Shown here piece by piece: positions 57,476 to 64,000 of a DNA stretch of 64,000 bases (the first letter of the stretch is position 1; each line of letters begins with the position of its first letter). The stretch comes from an uncultured virus (IMG/VR IMGVR_UViG_3300044998_001320) (lineage: Duplodnaviria; Heunggongvirae; Uroviricota; Caudoviricetes), in the IMG/VR virus record IMGVR_UViG_3300044998_001320; one strand, given 5' to 3'. The notes beneath the pieces are model-generated. The model did not search any database, was not told the origin of the DNA, and worked only from the letters and a program-made list of their open reading frames with translations. The position numbers and the translations under genes are program-made.

Positions 57476-60400
57476 TTAGGAATTTGTTGATGGCGGGGCT
57501 TGTGCTTGTAGTGCAGCGATAAAGGATTCCAGTGTAGTGATCCTTTCGGTCAAGCTGTTAACAAGCGCCATTAAGTCAACATCGCCGATGAAGATTCCTT
57601 TGTTGGCTGCTAAGCGAATCGCGCCGTCAGCTACTGTCACCTCGGCATCCCTAGTTTTGCCCTGAGCATCTGCGAAGCTGGATAGTGACGCCGCCCCTCG
57701 GGCTAGTTCAAGTCCAGCGCCGCCCAGTCCTGGTGCACGACCCTCAAGCGATCGCATGGACATTTTGCCCAGGGTATTGAGGACGCCCCCCGCCTCACCC
57801 AACCCTAGTTCACCAAAGGGGGTTTTGATTCCAGCCTTGCCCAGCCCTGCGAACACCCCTGCTCTTCCCAGAGGGCCAATCAGCGCTCCCGTCGTTTTTT
57901 TGATCAGGATCTTGGCCCCGCGTTCCCGCAAGTCGGTCAAGATTTCTGCCGCGTGCTTGCGAACTTCAACGACTGCCCCTTTGTGCTCAATCGGGAGTCC
58001 ATTCAGCAGACCGTTGAATTGCCCCAGCATCTTGTTCAGGTCACCGCTCACTAACCCACTGATTGCCCCCATCGCCTTGGGGAGGAACTCCTGGGCCATA
58101 GCGTTAGCTGAAGGCAACTGCCCCGCCCTTAGCCAATCTCCCAGGGGCTTGCCATCGATGACCTGATGAGCTAGGTTTCCCGCTCCTGAGAATTGTGTTA
58201 CCTGAGATAAAGCGGCGATCGCCTCAGAAGTTTGCCCTTTGCCGATCGCCCCTATTGCCTGAGTCAGAGGCGAAATCATTCCCAAGTTGCCTTGGATCCT
58301 AGACAAGGTGTCTACGGATTTACTTGACAGGGAGGACATGGCCAACCCCACCAGCCCCTGGAGCTGGTCGTTGATTGGTAGCTGTCCTGTCGCCGCTGCC
58401 AGTAGCTGCTCCGGCTTTAGGTTGTTCTGGATCAAGTCCGGCAATAACTGCTCTAATTGCTTAGCGATCGGGGGTGCGTCGGCGGGCAAGATGCTGGGGC
58501 GATTAGCAGTGATTGGCGATTTCGTCGTCGCCACCGTGCCCTGCCCTGGTTTAATCACCGCCCCCGCGGCCGGGTCGTCCAGTGCCCGATAGAATGGACT
58601 GTTTGGATCAACTGGCGGAGTCGGAATCGCTGATCCTAGCTTGGATCCACCCGCGCGGTAGATTTCCGGGTTGAACTCTGGAGGGGGTTCAAATTCCGCC
58701 AAAATCGCTGCATCTGAGATTGCAGATCCTAAAGACTGAGGCAGATCACTGATCAGGGGCTGTGGCGCACTTCCCGCCCCCTCCCCAGTTGCCCCAGCCA
58801 CTTGAAACAACTCAATATCTCCGATCGCGGATCCAACTACCGCGAAATCGTCGGGGGCAAACTCTGATCGCTGCTCCGGTGGGAGCCGGTCGTATAGGGC
58901 CCGCGCCAGTGGAATCTTGACCGTTGCCGGGTCATTCCAGTAAATCCCCTGCTCCCGAGGCCCGGCGTTGGCCGACTCGTAAGAGTCCAGTCGTTCCTCG
59001 CGTGTTGGTGGCGTGATCGGCCCATTGTTGCCGCCTCCCACCAACACCGCGCCGTCAGATCCCGCGCCCGCCAACCCAAGGGCATCACCAAGAGATGCAG
59101 CCGGAGTAACTGGCGTCGTCCTGATCACCCCAGCCGGATCCACCGCCGTCAGTCCGTTAGCGATCGATTGCTCAAGCCCCGCCATGAAATCCGTGGGGGC
59201 CTCAGCGGCGGGCAAGATCTCGCGGATCTTCCCTAGGGTCTCACCTAGCCCCAACCCAAACACGTTCTGCACCGCCTCAAATTGATCACCCAAAGCCAAG
59301 CTGATCAACGACTCGGTTTGACGATCAGGCTGGCGCTGCAGAGCAATCGCCTCCGCAAAAATCCGCTCAGTCACCTCAGGAGTGAGCTGAGATTTAAGCG
59401 ACGTCGGGAGCTGCGGCAAGATTTGAGCGACGGCAGTGACGGGGTCGTGGCTCTCAAAAGCTTGACGGGTAAGAGGAATCAGGGATTGCACCGGAGCAAT
59501 CGCATCTAGCTGCGGCCCCAGCAATTGCCCCACCTGAAGCGGGTTAGCACTAGACAACTTGCCGAACACCTCGATCGCCTCAGGCAGCCCGCCTAACTTG
59601 CCCGTCAAGTCCTGAAGTTGGTTGCGTAGCGCCTTGAATCCCTGCTCCACGAAATCACCGGATTCTGGCAACCCAATCCCCTTGGCAAGTTGATTGAATT
59701 TGTCCAAGGCTGGGGCAATCGAGCCGATCAACCCCTTGGCTTTTTGCAGAAGCTGGCTGATTTCATCAAGGGGGCCCTCGATCCGCCCCACTGCCTCATC
59801 AAGCTTCAGCGTGGACTTGGCAGCGCTGGTCAGGTCAATCCGCCCCTTGGGGTCAATTATCTGCTTAGCTCCAGCCTGGTTACCCTGAGCAACCTCTCCC
59901 TCAGGGCTATGGGTTGTGTAACCTTGGGGATTCTGGACGCTGGCCGTGCCATCCTCCCGCAGACTCAAGGTAGCGCTATTGGCAGTGGTCTGGGTAATAT
60001 TACCTGCGCCATCAACCAGTTGAGTCACGCCATGGGGATAGGCATCGACACGACTTTGGTTTGCGTCGTTCTTGGCGGTGATCACACCATTGCGCGTGGC
60101 ACTGCCATAAATTTCGTTCTCCCGATCAAACACCGGGTGAGGAGGCTCTTGGCGATTGACTACGCAGCCCAGCAAGAACAGATTGTTGATATCACCCAAC
60201 ATCGCCAGGCAGATTACCTGCGCCCCTTTTCTCAGTAATCGGTAGGATCCACCCGTGGTGTTACCCTCGGTAGTCAACTCGATCGGCCAGGCCCAACCGT
60301 CGTTGCTGTTTGGCAACACCTGGTTTTCGCTAAAAAGCTTACTGGTGACGCGGATCCGTCCAAGCTTTTCGGGGTCATCCAAATCAACAATCTCACAGGG

Positions 60401-60487
60401 AATTGCGCCAAAAACAAATCCCTCTTCTAGATGGGTGGCCCTGGCTTCGGGCAGGGTGGGACGGGTGATGCGATCAAAGGAGGACAT
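57476..60487 (-). CDS. Baseplate spike gpV/gp5-like protein with a large internal insertion
   Basis: OB-fold DDPEKLGRIRV...WAWP...GAQVI...GD...LLG followed by beta repeats. Confidence 0.8.
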   Translation of the reverse strand: MSSFDRITRPTLPEARATHLEEGFVFGAIPCEIVDLDDPEKLGRIRVTSKLFSENQVLPNSNDGWAWPIELTTEGNTTGGSYRLLRKGAQVICLAMLGDINNLFLLGCVVNRQEPPHPVFDRENEIYGSATRNGVITAKNDANQSRVDAYPHGVTQLVDGAGNITQTTANSATLSLREDGTASVQNPQGYTTHSPEGEVAQGNQAGAKQIIDPKGRIDLTSAAKSTLKLDEAVGRIEGPLDEISQLLQKAKGLIGSIAPALDKFNQLAKGIGLPESGDFVEQGFKALRNQLQDLTGKLGGLPEAIEVFGKLSSANPLQVGQLLGPQLDAIAPVQSLIPLTRQAFESHDPVTAVAQILPQLPTSLKSQLTPEVTERIFAEAIALQRQPDRQTESLISLALGDQFEAVQNVFGLGLGETLGKIREILPAAEAPTDFMAGLEQSIANGLTAVDPAGVIRTTPVTPAASLGDALGLAGAGSDGAVLVGGGNNGPITPPTREERLDSYESANAGPREQGIYWNDPATVKIPLARALYDRLPPEQRSEFAPDDFAVVGSAIGDIELFQVAGATGEGAGSAPQPLISDLPQSLGSAISDAAILAEFEPPPEFNPEIYRAGGSKLGSAIPTPPVDPNSPFYRALDDPAAGAVIKPGQGTVATTKSPITANRPSILPADAPPIAKQLEQLLPDLIQNNLKPEQLLAAATGQLPINDQLQGLVGLAMSSLSSKSVDTLSRIQGNLGMISPLTQAIGAIGKGQTSEAIAALSQVTQFSGAGNLAHQVIDGKPLGDWLRAGQLPSANAMAQEFLPKAMGAISGLVSGDLNKMLGQFNGLLNGLPIEHKGAVVEVRKHAAEILTDLRERGAKILIKKTTGALIGPLGRAGVFAGLGKAGIKTPFGELGLGEAGGVLNTLGKMSMRSLEGRAPGLGGAGLELARGAASLSSFADAQGKTRDAEVTVADGAIRLAANKGIFIGDVDLMALVNSLTERITTLESFIAALQAQAPPSTNS

Positions 60488-60555
60488 AAAAAACAAGCAC
60501 GACTAGCCAGTGCCTAGCCGCGCTAACGGGGTTGAAACGGTTGCTGTTCTTTTAA

Positions 60556-60822
60556 TCAGTCTACGTGTAATTCGGAGCAATCGTTTTCTGCAAGGACAAC
60601 CGTCGCCCGTTTCTTGCTTTCTGGGTCGCTCTCTCTCCACGCCTTTGCCCGCCGCATCCAAGCTCCAAAAGATGGGGAGGCGACCTGAGCTTCAACCAAT
60701 TGCCCAATCAGGCGTCCAGGCGTGACACCGATCAAGTTAGACAGGTCGCGGATCTGGCTGCCCGCAAATGGTGAAACCGACACTGCGAAACGCCCTGGTT
60801 TCAACTCTTTTTCTTCGTCCAT
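60556..60822 (-). CDS. Small RHH/CopG-like regulator
   Basis: RFAVSVS strand plus two helices; divergent orientation. Confidence 0.5.
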   Translation of the reverse strand: MDEEKELKPGRFAVSVSPFAGSQIRDLSNLIGVTPGRLIGQLVEAQVASPSFGAWMRRAKAWRESDPESKKRATVVLAENDCSELHVD

Positions 60823-61153
60823 AAAAAGTCCCTTGCTATTTATGTAAAAATCCTAGCATTTTGTGTACTATAGTGCTAGAATTTGCAACACAACGCACCG
60901 GGCATTGACTGCTTGATACGTTGTGCTCACGGGAAGCCCTTAAAGAAACCGTAAGCTTTTTCAGTCTATCCGACATCCGCTCAAAGCAGATTCCGACAAG
61001 CTAGCGGATCCACCTATCAGTGAAAACCAAAGCATACGAATCGCTCGCGGCGTGCTCGACCATCTGATTCCCTTGGTGGGTGATTTGATTTTCCGAGCTG
61101 GTCGCCACCTTGTCCTGCAATTTGCCTAGGTCTCTTGAGAAAGGCCGCCCGCC

Positions 61154-61471
61154 ATGAAAGATAAGCTAAGCCTATACAAAAGTCACCGTCGGCGATTCAG
61201 CGCCGCTCCCGCCCCTGATCCAGTTGGCGGTTTTTTCTCTTGGCTGCTGGGAGATCCCTGTTTTCTGGAGAACTACACAAAAGACCTAATCGAGCGTCAT
61301 CTTGGCAGCCTGTGCGATGTAAGTCCTCGCACGATTAGGCGCTGGGGGTCTCGGTTCGAGAAAATCCCCCCTCATTACGCACGGCTGCTTCATCTTCATC
61401 GACGCTGTCTGGAATTGGAGTTAAGGTGTGCTGCTTTGCAACGGCAATCCACCGCTCAACGAGCTAGTTGA
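61154..61471 (+). CDS. HTH-like protein
   Basis: LGSLCDVSPRTIRRW...IP. Confidence 0.6.
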   Translation: MKDKLSLYKSHRRRFSAAPAPDPVGGFFSWLLGDPCFLENYTKDLIERHLGSLCDVSPRTIRRWGSRFEKIPPHYARLLHLHRRCLELELRCAALQRQSTAQRAS

Positions 61472-62514
61472 CTATGAATGGCTCCGCTGACGTAATCGCC
61501 CAGGCTTTGAAGAGCGGGGTTACCCCCGAGGAGATTCGCCGCGCTGCCAATGGCAACCCTGAGTTGTTGACGGCCCTGCAGGTGCAGGTTGATCGACTCC
61601 GGCTAGAGTCGGTTGGGGAATGCAACCCGATCGCTCAGCTAGCCCGGTCTCCCGGGCACACCCTATTTGCCTCAAAAACCGGAGCAGGCAAGACCTCCTT
61701 TCTGCAAGCCTTGATTGCAGATGCTTGCCTTTATTTCCCAGAATGCGCTTGGTCGATTGTCACACCGAAGAACGACAATTTTTTTGGCTGGCCGACGATC
61801 CAAGGGCAGCGCGTCGTTACCTATCTCGACTTGCCGGAATCCCCCAGCGACACGACCTGGGTGGATGTATTGCACCGAGAAGTGAGCCGAGTTTACCGAG
61901 TCTTTGTCCGGCGTAATCGTTTTGACAAGTCGGCGATCCGGGCGGGAGGACAGCCCTCGGACTGGCCCCCTGTATTCCTGGTGATCGACGAATACTTTGC
62001 TCTCTATTCCTTGCTGAAACGACTGCCCAAAATTGAGCAAGAACAGGATGATGGCAAGGGAGGGTTAAAGCGAGTCAAAGTTCCCGATGAGCGCGGCGGA
62101 GAGATCACCCAGATGTTGCAATACATCGTGCTCATGGGGCGATCTCTCGGGGTTTATCTGATCCTTTCAGGGCAGTCCGCTAATTGTGAAGAAATTGGGT
62201 TCAGTAGTGACGGGCGCCGTAACTTCCGAATTGTGGCCTTGGGAAAACGGCAAACTCACACGGGGACTCCCGTTGGCTACGAATGCTTGTTTGGAGCCCT
62301 GAACAATTCTTTCTTGTTTGCAGATCGGGAGCAGGTTGCACAAATCAAGCGCCAAATCAAGTTTGTGATTGCCCAAGCTCAAGCGATGGGCGATCTCCCG
62401 GTAGCCCTGATCAATGGGGGGCAAACCCGGTTGTGGATCGTCCCTGATCTGCGAGAAATCGCTCGCGCCCCCATCCCGTTGCCGAAATCGGTGGAGATGG
62501 CTCGTGTTCAGTAA
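61468..62514 (+). CDS. FtsK/SpoIIIE-like P-loop ATPase
   Basis: SKTGAGKT, FLVIDE, GRSLGVYLILSGQ. Confidence 0.8.
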   Translation: MTMNGSADVIAQALKSGVTPEEIRRAANGNPELLTALQVQVDRLRLESVGECNPIAQLARSPGHTLFASKTGAGKTSFLQALIADACLYFPECAWSIVTPKNDNFFGWPTIQGQRVVTYLDLPESPSDTTWVDVLHREVSRVYRVFVRRNRFDKSAIRAGGQPSDWPPVFLVIDEYFALYSLLKRLPKIEQEQDDGKGGLKRVKVPDERGGEITQMLQYIVLMGRSLGVYLILSGQSANCEEIGFSSDGRRNFRIVALGKRQTHTGTPVGYECLFGALNNSFLFADREQVAQIKRQIKFVIAQAQAMGDLPVALINGGQTRLWIVPDLREIARAPIPLPKSVEMARVQ

Positions 62515-62535
62515 TTCCCTCACCCCAACGAAACC

Positions 62536-63105
62536 ATGTCTGTCTCACAAGACGGCGATCGCCATGACCGACTGATCTACCTGACCGCCCCAATTGCCCC
62601 TGCCATCTGCGGGGGCTTGGCTTGGTGGGGCAACGCCGAACCCCAAGCGATCGTTGCAATCGGAATCAGCGCGATCACAGCGCACCTGTTTGGCGGACTG
62701 TACTTGAGTCCTGATCTTGACTTAGCCGGGACGATCCGCTGCAAGTCCTGGTGGCGCTGGGAACATTCTGCCAAGCTGGGCTGGGTCTGGATGCACTATC
62801 CCCGCTTGGTGGGCTGTCATCGATCGCGCTGGTCTCACGCCCCCCTACTGGGCAGCGCCACCCGCCTGCTCTACCTGATGGCGATTCTCCCCTTTCTGCT
62901 CCCGGTCTTTGTTCGGCGTTGGCGCAGATTGATCGCTGTGATTGCCCTAGTCAGCGTTGCCCTTAGCTATACCCCGTGGTGGTCTTTGTTGGCAGCGTTG
63001 GTCGTCGGCATCGAGACCAGCGCGATCGCCCACTACACCCAAGATGGTACTGTACTTGGCGGATGGCATCGTCCCCGCCGCTCAAAACCTAGACGCAAGC
63101 CTTAA
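62536..63105 (+). CDS. DUF2227-like metal-binding membrane protein
   Basis: GDRHD, GGLYLSPDLD, W...LGWVW..Y, HRSRWSH..LLG...RLLYL. Confidence 0.8.
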   Translation: MSVSQDGDRHDRLIYLTAPIAPAICGGLAWWGNAEPQAIVAIGISAITAHLFGGLYLSPDLDLAGTIRCKSWWRWEHSAKLGWVWMHYPRLVGCHRSRWSHAPLLGSATRLLYLMAILPFLLPVFVRRWRRLIAVIALVSVALSYTPWWSLLAALVVGIETSAIAHYTQDGTVLGGWHRPRRSKPRRKP

Positions 63106-63123
63106 CTCCCACGCTATCAACCC

Positions 63124-63165
63124 AAAGCCCTGTCATTGATGTTTTCGATGACAGGGCTTTTGTTT
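63124..63165 (+). terminator. Intrinsic terminator
   Basis: AAAGCCCTGTCAT...ATGACAGGGCTTT plus T-rich tail. Confidence 0.75.
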
Positions 63166-63215
63166 CGGACAAATTGACCTAAAGATTTGCGCTTGAATCG
63201 ACAAAATGCGAACGT

Positions 63216-63282
63216 AGGAAACACCAAGGAAACACCAAAGAAACACCACCAGCTAAGCACAGGATGTTTCCTTGGTGTTTCC
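63216..63282. repeat. Three tandem 11-mers plus an 18-bp inverted copy (operator/iteron-like)
   Basis: AGGAAACACCA x2, AAGAAACACCA; TGTTTCCTTGGTGTTTCC at 63265-63282. Confidence 0.85.
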
Positions 63283-63342
63283 CCTTAGCACAAGAGGAGC
63301 GGCCAAATTGTCCAAACGACTTCACTGAACGTGGCGGGCGTC

Positions 63343-63696
63343 ATGCCCGTTGCATACCTCAACCCTGAACGTGTGCGTAACCGATACAAGAACCCCAAGA
63401 CCGGGCGAACCATAAGCCGCAAAACCTTTGCCCGTTGGCGGCACATCCTCTGCATCCCGGTCGCCAGTCAAGGTAGTAACCAATACAGCGACACCAGCGC
63501 CTGGGTTTCAACCGAAAACGTCTTCCTGTTGGACGCTTGGTACTACCTGGTTATTAGCCCCCACGGGCCTGGCATGAACCGAACCGAATTCGTTGATCGT
63601 TTCTGGGAGTGGGACGACACCGATCGCACCCCCCAAGAGCGAATCGCAGACTATCTGACCGAGCACAAACTCACAATTCCCGACCTATGCGCCTGA
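63343..63696 (+). CDS. Putative DNA-binding protein
   Basis: ISRKTFARW HTH-like motif. Confidence 0.5.
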   Translation: MPVAYLNPERVRNRYKNPKTGRTISRKTFARWRHILCIPVASQGSNQYSDTSAWVSTENVFLLDAWYYLVISPHGPGMNRTEFVDRFWEWDDTDRTPQERIADYLTEHKLTIPDLCA

Positions 63697-64000
63697 ACCA
63701 AGTTGCTAGCCAGTTAAAAATTGCGCCCGCCAAGATCCAAGAGGCGATTGCCGCCCTCCATCAACGCAGGCACCCAGCATTTCCCAGTTCCACCGTCGCC
63801 GACCTTAGTGAGGTGCAAGTCGAGGCGATCGCTCAGTATCTTCGCAACCCTCAACAAGAGCAAAGTACCGGTGCGCAACCCGGCTCAGCCCACGACGTTG
63901 GCGGGGCCTTTGGGGTGATCAGTCAGCAGTTCAATGAGGCCGCCGCTACCGCCGGTGTGCAAATCGCCCGTGAAGCCGTTCGGACTGCCCAAGCTACAGC
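63687..64000 (+). CDS. Hypothetical protein, 3'-truncated
   Basis: Hand-translated MRLNQVASQLKIAPAKIQEAI..., open to the window end. Confidence 0.55.
   Translation, partial: MRLNQVASQLKIAPAKIQEAIAALHQRRHPAFPSSTVADLSEVQVEAIAQYLRNPQQEQSTGAQPGSAHDVGGAFGVISQQFNEAAATAGVQIAREAVRTAQAT

Larger units (their letters stand above)
1..64000. mobile_element. Segment of a cyanobacterial myovirus-like phage, prophage or phage-plasmid (both boundaries outside the window)
   Basis: Capsid, portal, sheath, tube, tape measure, baseplate, lysin and replication genes throughout; no host housekeeping operons; abundant HIP1 sites. Confidence 0.92.

Overview
The whole window is part of a large contractile-tailed (myovirus-like) phage genome, with no recognisable host housekeeping locus. 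The host is most likely a cyanobacterium: the HIP1 octamer GCGATCGC occurs dozens of times, and the window carries nblA, a cyanobacterial-type thyX and a DUF2227-like gene. Structural genes include tape measure, sheath, tube, gp25-, gpU-, gpX-, gpI- and gpV-like baseplate parts, tail fibres, portal, prohead protease/scaffold, major capsid and neck proteins. They are scattered over both strands. Between them lie a replication/nucleotide module (initiator, DnaB, DnaG, dcd, thyX), a ParB-methyltransferase pair, a GH24 endolysin and plasmid-like genes. I saw no terminase, baseplate J or integrase. The most striking items are: (1) an intact histidine kinase plus two receiver proteins, one fused to predicted membrane helices, near the endolysin; (2) a 582-bp, 99.7%-identical non-coding direct repeat 50.7 kb apart that holds a palindrome array; (3) a baseplate hub that appears circularly permuted, split over two genes and decorated with four cell-wall hydrolase domains; (4) a GH9 glycanase; (5) an unannotated small ORF resembling PatX; (6) a candidate +1/-2 tail-chaperone frameshift. 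All assignments come from motif recognition by eye, without database searches.
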